A stretch of 63,965 nt of DNA, the filler included, from an uncultured Methanosarcinales archaeon (GTDB lineage: Archaea; Nanobdellota; Nanobdellia; Woesearchaeales; CAZXZL01): assembly GCA_964645415.1 (NCBI GenBank). It is 3 parts of 3 records of this genome, joined end to end, with 100 filler letters (N's around TTAATTAATTAA, not from the genome) between each part and the next. Parts side by side here need not be neighbours in the genome. Positions count along the whole stretch, not along the records: positions 1 to 22,683 come from CAZXZL010000012.1; positions 22,784 to 45,459 come from CAZXZL010000013.1; 1 more part is not named here. The stretch is one strand, 5' to 3'. A program made the translations under genes and the position numbers. Positions 19,466-30,756 of this stretch are shown here, one piece after another (the first letter of the stretch is position 1; each line of letters starts with the position of its first letter). The notes beneath the pieces were generated by a model that saw only the letters and a program-made list of their open reading frames with translations, searched no databases and was not told where the DNA came from.

Positions 19466-20404
19466 TTAATTTAAAACGCTTTCAATTTCTTGCTCAAAAA
19501 CATTGTATGGTTGAGCTCCACTTACAACATTATAACCAACCTCATCATTACCTATTAAAAATCCAGGTGTTCCTGTAATTCCTAATGATTGTCCAAATGA
19601 AGTTGATGCCATAACCTGCTCTTCATATCTGTTACTTTCCATACATTCTTCAAAATCTTCTTGATTTATACCTATATCAACTGCTAAGTTAGATAAATAA
19701 TCAATGTTATTAATGTCTTGATTTTGATTATCTAATATTGATTTTGACATTTCCCAGTATAAATCACCACCACCTAATTCACGGACACATTGTGTAGCTT
19801 CGTGAGGGATAGGAGTTCCTACACCTACAAAATCCATAAAAACATATTTTACTAAACCTTCATCAATATAATTCTCTTGAATTAATGGTTTTGTTTCATC
19901 ATTATGTCTTCCACAGAATTGACAATTATAGTCAGAAAACTCTACAATTATTACAGGCGCATCTTCATCACCTAAATAAGGTTCATCTTCAATCTGACTA
20001 CTATCTAAATCAGCGGTTTCTGGTTCTTGTGCTGGAGGTTGTGAAGTTTCTTCATCAAATGAGATTGCTTGTTCAATAAAATAACCTCCATCTTTAGTTA
20101 TATAAACAGGTATTTCTTGACCCTGAAAACTAACAGTTACTTCATAAAGATTACCAGCATCTTCAACATTTATTGCACTAATATCTTCACCAGTTAATTC
20201 CATTAAGAAGTTTGAAACTTTTTCACTTGCCTCTTGTTCTGTTATTGTGTTGGATTCAAAAACATTATCAAAACTAATATTAAAAGAGATTAAAAAAATT
20301 GTTACAACTAGTATACCTAAAATAAAAAAAACTAAATTTGAAATTTTTGATTCCATAAAACTTATTTCTTTTGATTTATCCTCTTTTTCTTTTGAGTTAA
20401 CCAT
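19466..20404 (-). CDS. Membrane-anchored DsbA-like thiol-disulfide oxidoreductase
   Basis: N-terminal TM helix, EFSDYNCQFC (CXXC), GITGTPGF and SGAQPY motifs. Confidence 0.92.
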   Translation of the reverse strand: MVNSKEKEDKSKEISFMESKISNLVFFILGILVVTIFLISFNISFDNVFESNTITEQEASEKVSNFLMELTGEDISAINVEDAGNLYEVTVSFQGQEIPVYITKDGGYFIEQAISFDEETSQPPAQEPETADLDSSQIEDEPYLGDEDAPVIIVEFSDYNCQFCGRHNDETKPLIQENYIDEGLVKYVFMDFVGVGTPIPHEATQCVRELGGGDLYWEMSKSILDNQNQDINNIDYLSNLAVDIGINQEDFEECMESNRYEEQVMASTSFGQSLGITGTPGFLIGNDEVGYNVVSGAQPYNVFEQEIESVLN

Positions 20405-20508
20405 ATTAACTATAGTTAAAGTAATTATTTAAAAAAGTTATTAAACATTGTTAATTTTTGAAAAGATATATAACTAATTAAATTATTATATTATACAGGT
20501 GATTATAT

Positions 20509-20889
20509 ATGGCTAATAAAAGAGCAATTTACAAATGTGATTTATGTGGTAATGTTGTTGAAGTTTATACTGAAGGTATTGGAGATCTTGTTTGTTGTGG
20601 AGAAGAAATGAATGAAATGAATGCAAAAACAGAAGATAAGACTGAAGAAAAACATGTACCTTCTATTAGAACAGATGGTAATAAAGTTGAAGTTGTTGTT
20701 GGAGAAAATCAAGAACATCCTATGGAAGAAAAACATTATATTATGTGGATCCAATTAAATGAAGGTGATAAGGAACATATTAAATTCTTAAAACCTAATG
20801 ATGAACCAAAGGCAGTATTTGAAGTTGAAAGCACTGATAAGCTAAGTGCAAAAGAATATTGTAATGTACATGGTTTATGGAAAGATTAA
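20509..20889 (+). CDS. dfx: Desulfoferrodoxin (2Fe superoxide reductase)
   Basis: CDLCGN..LVCCG, EKHVP, HPMEEKHYI and EYCNVHGLW motifs. Confidence 0.96.
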   Translation: MANKRAIYKCDLCGNVVEVYTEGIGDLVCCGEEMNEMNAKTEDKTEEKHVPSIRTDGNKVEVVVGENQEHPMEEKHYIMWIQLNEGDKEHIKFLKPNDEPKAVFEVESTDKLSAKEYCNVHGLWKD

Positions 20890-20917
20890 TTTTTTTCTTT
20901 CTTTATCTTTTTTTAAA

Positions 20918-21115
20918 ATGGTATTTAAAATAGAACCAATTGAGAGGATACTTAAATTAAATAATGATTTTTATTCAAGAGATTCTTATTCAAGTTTTGA
21001 TGAGAATAAAGATAATAAAAGCTTTAAAGATATATTTAATGAAGAAAAAGATAAAGATCTAAATGAGTTAAAATCTAAAATTTTTTCTTATAAAAATGAT
21101 TATTACAGGTTATAA
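20918..21115 (+). CDS. Hypothetical protein
   Basis: Short ORF from ATG 20918; no recognisable motif. Confidence 0.45.
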   Translation: MVFKIEPIERILKLNNDFYSRDSYSSFDENKDNKSFKDIFNEEKDKDLNELKSKIFSYKNDYYRL

Positions 21116-21179
21116 ATTCTACTTTTTATAAAAATCTTTATAAATATTAAATTACTAATTTAGCCCAAGATATACTAAA

Positions 21180-21515
21180 ATGGGACTAAATAAAAAGTTC
21201 AAGGAACTATCTAAAAAGATTCAAGATAGGATATGGAAAAATAAAATTAATAAAGGTTTTGATACTAAAAATGTTCCATTGGAGTTCTGTTATCTAAATG
21301 AAGAGGTTTCTGAGGCATTTGAGGCTTGGAGAAAGAAAAAAGAGGATCTTGGTGAAGAGCTAGCAGATGTTGCGATTCATTTATATGGTGTTGCAGAAAA
21401 AGTAGGTATTGATTTAGGAGAAGAGATTATAAAGAAAATGAAAAAGAATGAGAATAGAAAATATAAAACAGTGAATGGTGTTAAATTAAAAGAAGAGGAA
21501 GTTAGTGATAATTAA
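21180..21515 (+). CDS. MazG-like nucleotide pyrophosphohydrolase
   Basis: LNEEVSEAFEA and GEELADVAI motifs. Confidence 0.88.
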   Translation: MGLNKKFKELSKKIQDRIWKNKINKGFDTKNVPLEFCYLNEEVSEAFEAWRKKKEDLGEELADVAIHLYGVAEKVGIDLGEEIIKKMKKNENRKYKTVNGVKLKEEEVSDN

Positions 21516-21520
21516 AATAA

Positions 21521-22683
21521 TTAAGATAACACGCTTTCTTTACTAGAGTCTTCTATGAATAAACATGTCTTATCATCTAAGTTCTTTATTTTTTCAATTG
21601 AATCTAAGTCTGTTGGTTCTATTGGTATTATATGAATATCATTACGAGGAGCTTGTTTAAATACTGTTTCAAAGTCAGATATTATTACATTTGTTTTGGT
21701 ACTTTTTGGAAATCTTGATTCATATAGTAATCTATCTAAGTATCTTTTTGCTTTTTTCTTCTCTTTAAGGTCATTAACACACATCCAAACGTTAATGTTC
21801 CCTTCCCAGTTTTTCTTTATACTATATGCTAAAAGCATGGAAAGGTCATAATAACTATCTTCAAATAAATTTCTATTTAATACTCTTGGAGATATCCAAA
21901 CATGTATCTCACTTTCTGTTCCTAATCCAATTTCTTCGTTTCTTGCTGATAATACTAAACCACATTTATTATTTGATGTTGCTTTCATTATTTCTTCTAT
22001 GTCTGTTTTGTTTAAAAACTCATCTTTATATGGTAACATTAATATGTTTGCTGCAAAGGATTGACTTTCAATTGCTTCCATTGATATTATTACTGAATCA
22101 ACATAATCATAAGCATCAATTTTTGAATAAGAGGTAAAAAGTTTTTCTTCACTAAATTTATCGATAATGTTAGGTATTTCACGTAAATTATCATCATTTC
22201 TTGAGTTTTTTCTCATTTTAAAACCTAATATTGTTATCCTACCATGAGGATATGCCATTGATTTTATTAGTGGAAAGTTTGCAATTAATGATTTTGAGGA
22301 CCTTATTGGGATTAATATGTTTGGCTTCCATACATGAAGCGATGATTCTGGAAGGTCTCTTGTTTTTTCTTCTGCCCATTGTGATAATGATCTAAATAAA
22401 CCGGAACGAACATCTCCATTTTCTTGATTAATGGATTTATTTGCAATCATGATATAAATTGCTAGTATTGAGATAAAAGCAAATATACTTGCATAAGGAT
22501 TAATTAATAACATAATTACTATTGATGCTATTGCACCATAAAGTGGGACAATTCTTGGAACTTTAAATAATGGTCTAAAACTTCTTAATCCTAGATTTTG
22601 CTCTATAAATACAGATATATTTATTACTGCATATGTTATTAAGAAAAACATTGTAAGAACTTGAGCGATTAAATCAAGGCTTC
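21521..22683 (-). CDS. APC-family / cation-chloride cotransporter-like permease, C-terminal part (5' end lost at the gap)
   Basis: SLDLIAQVLTMFFLITY..N, FRPLFKVP and WKPNIL motifs plus a cytoplasmic domain; the frame is open to the N-gap. Confidence 0.85.
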
Positions 22684-22783
22684 NNNNNNNNNNNNNNNNN
22701 NNNNNNNNNNNNNNNNNNNNNNNNNNNTTAATTAATTAANNNNNNNNNNNNNNNNNNNNNNNNNNNNNNNNNNNNNNNNNNNN
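22684..22783. other. Artificial scaffold spacer
   Basis: 44 N + TTAATTAATTAA (stops in all frames) + 44 N. Confidence 0.98.
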
Positions 22784-25489
22784 AGTACCAGAAGCTAAAG
22801 TATGTCTCCTAATTTCACCTTCAGGACAATATTCACCACCATCCTCAGAAGAATCACAAACTAAATTTAACTCATAATCAATATCATTACCATTAGGAAA
22901 TACTTTAGTGTTAACTTGATAAGAAATCCTTAAACGACCTTTAATAAAATCATAACCCTCAATTTGTGAACTAGACTGAGTAGGCATAATAGTAGGATCA
23001 GCACGCTCAAATCTTTCACCAATTGTCTCAGCTAAACTAGAAAAATCAGTAATAGACCCAAAATCACTCCAATCACCAAAAATTAATCCTTTACAAGTAG
23101 CATGTACTACAGAAACCTCTTGATCACGAAATACATGTTGAATAGTTGAATCATATCTGCCAGTAAAATCATCAAAAACTTCTTTTCCACCCTCTAAAGC
23201 AGCTTCAATTTGACCAGATAAATCATCACGAATTACATCACTAGATAAAACATTTTCAAAAAAATCACTAGTTAAAAAACCACGGAAAAAATCATATACT
23301 AAATCACAAGCATATAATCTCATTAACTTATGACAATACTGATTAGGAGTCTCACCATCAGCAGCTGCTCTGAAACAATCAGCTGTTGAATTTAACATCT
23401 CTTGAATCATTGAAAAAGAAGCAGCCATTGCTGGAGTACAACCACAAGCAGTAGCACTTCCTAAACCTCTTCCAGGATCAATGTTAGTAAAAATTGGATC
23501 ATCTTGTGCCATATTAATTAAACATTTAGTTTGATCTCTTGTAACATTATAACACTCAGGTCCCATTCCACTTTGAATTTGATTAAAATATTCATCAGTA
23601 CTTAAATCAGGATCAACACAATAAATTTCACGACTTCTTCGTGTTCCTTGAATATTAGAATCAGTATGCTCAAAAACAGCAGCATTTTCACCATCACTAC
23701 AATCATCAAAATTTAGTCCTCTATCAATCCATTCCTCTCTTTGAGACTCTGAAGTTAAATGATGAACTCTAACAGAACCATCATCCATCTCCATTTCATT
23801 ACCATTAAGAATATCAAAATTATCATCATCGCAATTAGAAGGAACAGAAGGACACATAATTCTATCACAAAAACCCCACATCCATCTTTCAAAATCTGGA
23901 AGGTCATGTCCTGCAACTGCTGCAACATTAGAAACTACATTTGCTACAGTTAAACCACCACATGTAATTGCAAGATAACCAGTAACTTGATTTAATGTTT
24001 CAGTAATTTCTCCCATATCTTTAGATATATTTTCAAAATCATCAGCCATTTCATGTAATTCTTCAGGTGGGATTAACATTTCAGGAAATTGAATAGTAGT
24101 TGCTGATTTTAAATAATAGGTATCTTCAACAACTTCATCAACACCCTCTAAATTATATTCAAACTCAATTGGCCAAACAATTTTTAATTGTTTTTCAAAA
24201 TCATCATCTTTTAATTCTTTCCAGTCTATTCCATCAAAAGAATTATGATCAATTGTTCCAGAAAAACTTAATGTTAGTTTATTTTCATCTTCATTATATC
24301 TTATTAAAGGACTGATACCATCTCTTATTGTTATATATTCCTCTTCTTCACCTATTCTAACTTGAGTATTATGAATACCTACACTAACATCAACAATATC
24401 TTCAACACTTCCACTCCCTCTATAACTAAAAGTAGAATGAACTTGAATATTCATATCATGAGACATTATATGTTCTAAATAATATTCATTTGGCATAACA
24501 TGAGATGTTTCTCTACTCCATCGAGAATCACCTAATTTATATTCATATTGAACAACTTCTTTTTCAAAATTACCATAATCATCATATGTGATAAATAATA
24601 TATTATTTTCACCTTCAGATAAACCTAAAGGATAATTAAAAGAACCATCAGCATCAATTTCTTTATCTTCTACATCAGTAAAAATTTCACTCCAAATACT
24701 TCTAATTCCTAATTCCAAAGAGATTGATTTATTTGTAAAAATTTGAGAAGCATCATCAAAATTCTCAAATTGAAAACCAAAATCAGAAAAAGTATTATTT
24801 TCTAAATTATATATACTAATATATTTTCCAGATGCATTTCCTGAAAAAAAGTAAGGACTATGAAAAATATCATCATCACCATGTTCACCTGCAGGATCAA
24901 TATTTAATTCAAGGTCTTTATTTTTAACATCAATTTCTCTTGTAAACTCCCTACAGTTATTTAAATGATCACAAACAGTAAAATTAACATCATGAACTCC
25001 ATTTTCAAGGTCAATTTCTAAAGAATGATTTGTTTCCATAGATGTTGTATCAGAACTCCCATTACCTGTAACTTCAACATTTGCTTCAATATCTGTTTTT
25101 AGTTTAAATTCAACATTATTTTGATTAGATTTATCAGGAAAATCAAAAGAATCTAGTTCAGGAGGAGTTGTATCAATTGTTGTATTCTTTGTATCATTAA
25201 TTACATCTTCACCTTCTAAAAATACTTCTATTTCATTAAAACCTTCATTTAGATCTATTTTATAATCAAAAGAATGGCTTCCAGAATCAAAGATTTCGTT
25301 AATACCAACATTATTATCATTTCTTCTAAAATAAACTTCACATTCATCTGAACATTCTAAATATCCAGATATATTTACATTACTATAATTATAATAATCA
25401 TCTAATTGATCTAATTCAATAGTTTCAGCAAAAACCACTGAACTAAAAAAGAAAATACATAAAATCCACATTAATATTTTTAACTTCAT
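22784..25489 (-). CDS. Large secreted acidic Cys-rich protein with Ig-like segments; 3' end lost at the gap
   Basis: Signal peptide, DTTPP Ig-like linker, CDRIMCP and ACGCTP motifs; D/E-rich. Confidence 0.8.
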
Positions 25490-27291
25490 TTTACCCTCGG
25501 TTCATATTTTTCTGACGTTTCTTCTATTTCTAAAAAAGTGTCACTTGGATCATCATCAATATATCTATCTAGATATAAAGGAACTTCAAATCGATTATCA
25601 TCCATATGATTCTCAAAATCAATTGAAAGATTATCATTAAAGTATCCTCCAATTAAATCTTCTCCATGTGTTACAGTTATATATAAACTAAAATTAAAAT
25701 CAATTAAAGGAAGTTTTATATTAGGTATATCAGAACCATTAAAAACAAATTCTTCATTTACATAATTACTTTCAAAGGAAGCAACAAAAATATCACTACT
25801 TTCTATACTTAATTCCTCATATTCATCATTAACAAATTCGAATGAAAAATTTCTCATTGGAGTCATTAAAAAAGAATAATCTAAATCCAAATCAATATCT
25901 TCACCTGTTTCTTCTATTTGAACAAAGTCTTGTAAATATCCATCTTTTTCAAAAGAAATAAAACCACCATTACATTCAGGTAATTTTGTATCAAGTCTTG
26001 GCCTGTTAGAGTACATCTCATATGAAGTATTTCCAAGATAACAGTCAGCACCACAAAAGAAATAAACAGAAACATTCTCAAGATAATTATCACGATCATA
26101 CTTATCATTAAATCTTAAAGTTACATCAGATCCATTGTTTTCACAAGCTTGTGAAGAAGAAATATCTGTTCCAAGATCCATCCAACCAGTTCCTTCACGA
26201 GGTTGATTATTAACAACATAAGATTCTAATCCAAAATTAAAATTGTATCCTGTATTTGGATCATGTAAATTAAAAACAATTGGAAGTCTATAAGAAAATA
26301 AAAGGTGAGTTATTTGTAATCCTGGTATTGGAATATCAAAACCCATACCAGAAGGAATTCTTTGAGTAATTGAATGTAATTCATCTCCTCTCCTTGGAGT
26401 ACCATCAAATCTGGTTTGAAAATCAGAAGAAAACATTAAATCAATTTCTAAATCTTCAAATTCAAGATCTAAATTATGTGCTAAATTACTATAATACCCT
26501 TCAATATCATCAGAATCAGTAGTTAAATCAACTTCATTAAGATTCATAATTAAATAAGAATAAAAATCTCTTTCTAACTCTTCAAGACTCCATGTTTCAG
26601 GTCTGATTCCAACATCAATCATGTTAGGAGGAAAGATATGAGATCCAATTTCTTCAGTAATATTTTCTAAAAAACGAGATTCTCTTTGGTATTCAGTTAT
26701 TTCTTTAGCTAATTCAAAAAAATTACCAAGAGGTCTTCTTATTTCAGAATTAAAACTACTAACCATTGAAACATCTCCATCAGAGTCTCCTTTTTGAGAA
26801 ACTTCTACGGGATAATTATATTCAAATGAAACATAATCAGAAAAAATATTTATTTCAACAGAATCTTCACCTCTTCTATGAAAATCATATCTATCTGTTA
26901 ATTCATCAAAGTCATTTATACAATTTCTAAGATCAACAAGAGCTTCTTTTTCTAATTGTTCTTCAATTTCATCTAAATCAGGGATATCTTCTCTTGAAAG
27001 ATGAAACCAAACAGGAATCTGAAATCCAAAGTCTACATATGAATAAGGATCAACTCTCTCAACATCAACAAAACCACTTTGATACCCTACAGAATCAACT
27101 AAATCATAACCAACATTATCAATACAACCTTCTGCATAATTATATACAGAGTCAACATCAAAAGAATAAGTTCTTTCTTGATATTCAGATAATCTTTCAT
27201 TAACAAAGAAAATTAAAGTAAATGAAATTAATATAATTACTCCTAATAGAAAAAATAAAGATACTTGTCCTTTTTTATTATTTATATTCAT
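25486..27291 (-). CDS. Acidic surface protein with a class III (archaeal prepilin-like) signal peptide
   Basis: N-terminus KKGQVSLFFLLGVIILISF; ATGA overlaps with both neighbours. Confidence 0.82.
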   Translation of the reverse strand: MNINNKKGQVSLFFLLGVIILISFTLIFFVNERLSEYQERTYSFDVDSVYNYAEGCIDNVGYDLVDSVGYQSGFVDVERVDPYSYVDFGFQIPVWFHLSREDIPDLDEIEEQLEKEALVDLRNCINDFDELTDRYDFHRRGEDSVEINIFSDYVSFEYNYPVEVSQKGDSDGDVSMVSSFNSEIRRPLGNFFELAKEITEYQRESRFLENITEEIGSHIFPPNMIDVGIRPETWSLEELERDFYSYLIMNLNEVDLTTDSDDIEGYYSNLAHNLDLEFEDLEIDLMFSSDFQTRFDGTPRRGDELHSITQRIPSGMGFDIPIPGLQITHLLFSYRLPIVFNLHDPNTGYNFNFGLESYVVNNQPREGTGWMDLGTDISSSQACENNGSDVTLRFNDKYDRDNYLENVSVYFFCGADCYLGNTSYEMYSNRPRLDTKLPECNGGFISFEKDGYLQDFVQIEETGEDIDLDLDYSFLMTPMRNFSFEFVNDEYEELSIESSDIFVASFESNYVNEEFVFNGSDIPNIKLPLIDFNFSLYITVTHGEDLIGGYFNDNLSIDFENHMDDNRFEVPLYLDRYIDDDPSDTFLEIEETSEKYEPRVK

Positions 27292-28988
27292 TCTGGATAT
27301 TTTCCTTTTGGTATATACTTTGTATGAAGTTCTGATTCAGCTTTTTCACTTAAAGGTTTATCATAAAATTTGTTATAAATCTCCTTAATTAATGGATTTT
27401 CATGACAAAGCCTTATTTCACTCTCATCATCTATTTTATATAAATTATCTTTTCTGGAGTTAACTTTTTTAATACTATGTGGTTGAGGTTGACCACCACC
27501 ACCAATACATCCCCCTGGACACGCCATAACCTCAATAAAATCATAATTATTTAAGGAATCTTTAATTTTTTCAAAATTACCTACTCCATTAACAATTCCT
27601 ACCTTAATTTTAGTATTTAAAATTTTCGTACTATAAACTTTTACATTATCAAGTCCTCTAAGTGGTTTAATTTCTAATTCATTTGGATTATTTCCACTTA
27701 TAAAATAATGAGCAGTTCTTAAAGCAGCTTCAGTAACACCACCAGAAGCACCAAAAATTTCTCCTGCTGATGAAGAGGTAGGTATAATTTCATCAAAACT
27801 AGAATTATTAACATCAACTAAATTAATTCCAACTTGTTTTAATAGTTTAGCAGTTTCTCTTGTTGTTAAAGAATAATCAACAGGGATAACATCTTTTCTA
27901 AGTTCTACTCGATTTATTTCTACTTTTTTTGCAGTACAAGGCATTATAGAAACTACTTTAACATTTTCTTTGTCAATGTTTAATTTTTTAGAATAAATCT
28001 TTTTTATAATATGTCCTAAAATAATTTGAGGACTTTTTGTCGATGAGAGATTATCAATCAAATCCTTTTCATTAAATTCAACATAATTAACCCATGCAGG
28101 ACAACATGATGTAAACATAGGCATTTCTTTATTATTTTTTATTCTATCAATTAATTCCATAGCTTCTTCCATAATAGTCATATCCGCACCAACAGAAGTA
28201 TCAACTACAGAATCAAAACCTAATTTTTTCAATGCAGAAGGAATTTTTTCTTTAACATTACCTTCAAATCCAAACATTTCACCAAGACTAACTCTAATAG
28301 CAGGTGCTATTTGTGCAACAACATAATTTTCTTTATCATTAATTATACTTAATACATCATTAATATCATCTTTTTCTAAAAGAGCTGAAGTTGGACAATG
28401 AAGTGTACACTGACCACAAGAAATACAACCAGTATCAGCAATTGGAAGATTAAAAGAGGTAGAAATTCGAGTATCATATCCTCTTTTAGAATAATCTAAA
28501 GTATTGATTCCTTGTTTATCACATATTTCAACACATCTACCACATAAAATACATTGCCTGGAATTTATTTTAATTGCATTTGAAGAATTATCTTTATAAT
28601 GATTCTTTTTCTTACTACTTTCTAAAATTTTAGGAAGTTTTTCAATATCAAATTTTTCAGATAAATCTTGTAACTCACAATAACCATTCATAAAACAAAC
28701 ATCACAATTTACATTATGATTTGCAAGAATTAATTCTAAATTTATTTTCCTTTTTTCAGTTAATTCTTTTGTATTAGTAATAACTTCCATATCATCAATT
28801 ACTTTTTGATTACAAGAAGTAACAACTTTTCCATTAACTTCAACAAGACACATCCTACAAGAAGCATTAGGTTCTAAATCAGGATGATTACATAAAGAAG
28901 GAATTTCAAAACCAAATTCATTTAAAACATCTAAAAGATATTCTTTATCAGTTTCATACAATTCTCCGTCTATTTTTATGTTTTTCAT
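27288..28988 (-). CDS. hydA: [FeFe]-hydrogenase catalytic subunit (group A)
   Basis: H-cluster motifs FTSCCPAW, MPCTAKKVE and EVMACPGGCIGGGGQP; N-terminal 2Fe-2S, His-ligated 4Fe-4S (HNVNCDVC..C) and two 4Fe-4S motifs. Confidence 0.96.
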   Translation of the reverse strand: MKNIKIDGELYETDKEYLLDVLNEFGFEIPSLCNHPDLEPNASCRMCLVEVNGKVVTSCNQKVIDDMEVITNTKELTEKRKINLELILANHNVNCDVCFMNGYCELQDLSEKFDIEKLPKILESSKKKNHYKDNSSNAIKINSRQCILCGRCVEICDKQGINTLDYSKRGYDTRISTSFNLPIADTGCISCGQCTLHCPTSALLEKDDINDVLSIINDKENYVVAQIAPAIRVSLGEMFGFEGNVKEKIPSALKKLGFDSVVDTSVGADMTIMEEAMELIDRIKNNKEMPMFTSCCPAWVNYVEFNEKDLIDNLSSTKSPQIILGHIIKKIYSKKLNIDKENVKVVSIMPCTAKKVEINRVELRKDVIPVDYSLTTRETAKLLKQVGINLVDVNNSSFDEIIPTSSSAGEIFGASGGVTEAALRTAHYFISGNNPNELEIKPLRGLDNVKVYSTKILNTKIKVGIVNGVGNFEKIKDSLNNYDFIEVMACPGGCIGGGGQPQPHSIKKVNSRKDNLYKIDDESEIRLCHENPLIKEIYNKFYDKPLSEKAESELHTKYIPKGKYPE

Positions 28989-28989
28989 T

Positions 28990-30756
28990 TTAGATTTTAT
29001 GATTCTTTATTTCAATAGCTTTTGTTGGACACGAATTATAACAATGACCACATTTAATACACTCATTTTGATTAATTCTATGTATTTCAAAATCTTTTCC
29101 AGATATTGCATTAACTGGACAAACATCAGAACATTTATCACAACCAGTACAATCTTCTTTATGAATTTCTAAATACTGTGATGAACCAATAGGTTTCTTT
29201 TTTAATAAATTAAGATAATCTTTTTTAATATGTTTGATTGAAGATAAAATAGGATTAGGAGCTGTCTTTCCAAGCCCACAAAGAGCAGTATCTTTAACAG
29301 ATTCAGAAAGATCTCTAAGGAAAAGTAAATCATTAATATCAGCATCTCCTTCCTTCATTTTTTCAATTAACTCTTTAATTCTAGTTGTACCTTCACGACA
29401 GGGAGTACATTTACCACAACTCTCACTAACAATGAATCTTAAAAAATAATCAACAACATCAACAATATTTTTTTCATTTGACACAACAACCATGCTACCT
29501 GAACCAACAATTGCATCAACTTTTTGAACAGTATCATAACAAATTGGCATATTAAAATTATCAGAAGTAATAAAACCACCAGACGGACCTCCAATCTGAA
29601 TTGCTTTTACTTCATCTTCAGAATTTCCAGCCATATCTAAAATTTCATTCATTGTAGTTCCAAAAGAAATTTCAATATAACCACTTCTTTTTACATCTCC
29701 AGAAAAAGAAAACATTTTAGTTCCAGACGATTTTTCAGTACCATAGGATTTATACCATTTATAACCATTTTTAACAATATTTGGAAGATTTGATAGTGTT
29801 TCAACATTGTTTATATTAGTTGGTTCACCATTAATTCCAGATTGTGCAGGATAAGGTGGTCTTGGTACAGGTCTTCCTGTTTCCCCTTCAATAGATTTAA
29901 TTAAAGCAGTTTCTTCACCACAAACAAAAGCTCCAGCACCTAATCTCATTTCTATATCAAAATTAGAAGAAATTTTACTTAATAAACCATGATCTTTTGC
30001 TTGATTAATAGCTATTTTTAATCTTTCAACAGCTAAAGGATATTCTGCCCTAGTATAAATATAAGCTTTTTTGACAGATAATGCATAGGATGCTATTAAA
30101 ATACCTTCTAATAATAGATGTGGATTTGATTCGACAAGAACACGATTCATAAAAGCACCAGGATCACCTTCATCAAAATTACAAACTAAATTTTTATTTC
30201 CTTCATTTTTCATAAGAAGTTCCCATTTTAAACCAGTAGGGAAACCTGCTCCACCTCTTCCTCTAAGTCCACTTTTTTTCACTTCAGAAATTATATCTTC
30301 TTTTTTCATAGATAAACATTTTTCAAAAGCACTATATCCTCCTTGAGATAAGTAATCAGAAATTTTTTCAGGTTTTAAAGTACCACAATTTTTAGTAATT
30401 AGTTTTTTTTGATTTTGATAAAACTCTAAATCATCTATTATATCTATATTTGAATATTCTTCTTGAAAGTTGCCATCATCTCTTTTGGCAATTAATTTAG
30501 AATGTACTTTTTGTTTACGAATTGATTCAATAATCTCCTTAAGATCATTTTTTTTAACATTACCAAAAATTAATGTTTGATTATTTTTATTTTTTATTTC
30601 AACTATTGGTTCATTATAACACATACCTAAACATCCTACTTTAGATAATTTAATAGTATTATCCTTTATATTACTAAGAAAATCATATACATCATCAGCT
30701 CCTGATGCAATACCACATGAAGCCAATCCTACAGATATTTCAATTTGATTCTTCAT
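28990..30756 (-). CDS. hydB: NuoF-like FMN/NADH-binding hydrogenase subunit
   Basis: GLRGRGGAGFPTG, DEGDPGAFM, GGPSGG, ESCGKCTPCREG and a C-terminal 2x[4Fe-4S] domain. Confidence 0.93.
   Translation of the reverse strand: MKNQIEISVGLASCGIASGADDVYDFLSNIKDNTIKLSKVGCLGMCYNEPIVEIKNKNNQTLIFGNVKKNDLKEIIESIRKQKVHSKLIAKRDDGNFQEEYSNIDIIDDLEFYQNQKKLITKNCGTLKPEKISDYLSQGGYSAFEKCLSMKKEDIISEVKKSGLRGRGGAGFPTGLKWELLMKNEGNKNLVCNFDEGDPGAFMNRVLVESNPHLLLEGILIASYALSVKKAYIYTRAEYPLAVERLKIAINQAKDHGLLSKISSNFDIEMRLGAGAFVCGEETALIKSIEGETGRPVPRPPYPAQSGINGEPTNINNVETLSNLPNIVKNGYKWYKSYGTEKSSGTKMFSFSGDVKRSGYIEISFGTTMNEILDMAGNSEDEVKAIQIGGPSGGFITSDNFNMPICYDTVQKVDAIVGSGSMVVVSNEKNIVDVVDYFLRFIVSESCGKCTPCREGTTRIKELIEKMKEGDADINDLLFLRDLSESVKDTALCGLGKTAPNPILSSIKHIKKDYLNLLKKKPIGSSQYLEIHKEDCTGCDKCSDVCPVNAISGKDFEIHRINQNECIKCGHCYNSCPTKAIEIKNHKI

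Noticed and set aside
14680..22683. Apparent shift in third-position codon bias among minus-strand genes (tyrS, ftsZ, permease vs others), hinting at an origin or terminus
   Set aside because: Inconsistent by eye (dsbA does not follow it) and not quantifiable without a cumulative GC/AT-skew computation.
22736..22783. Stop codon of the 917-aa ORF
   Set aside because: The stop comes from the synthetic linker; the true 3' end is missing.
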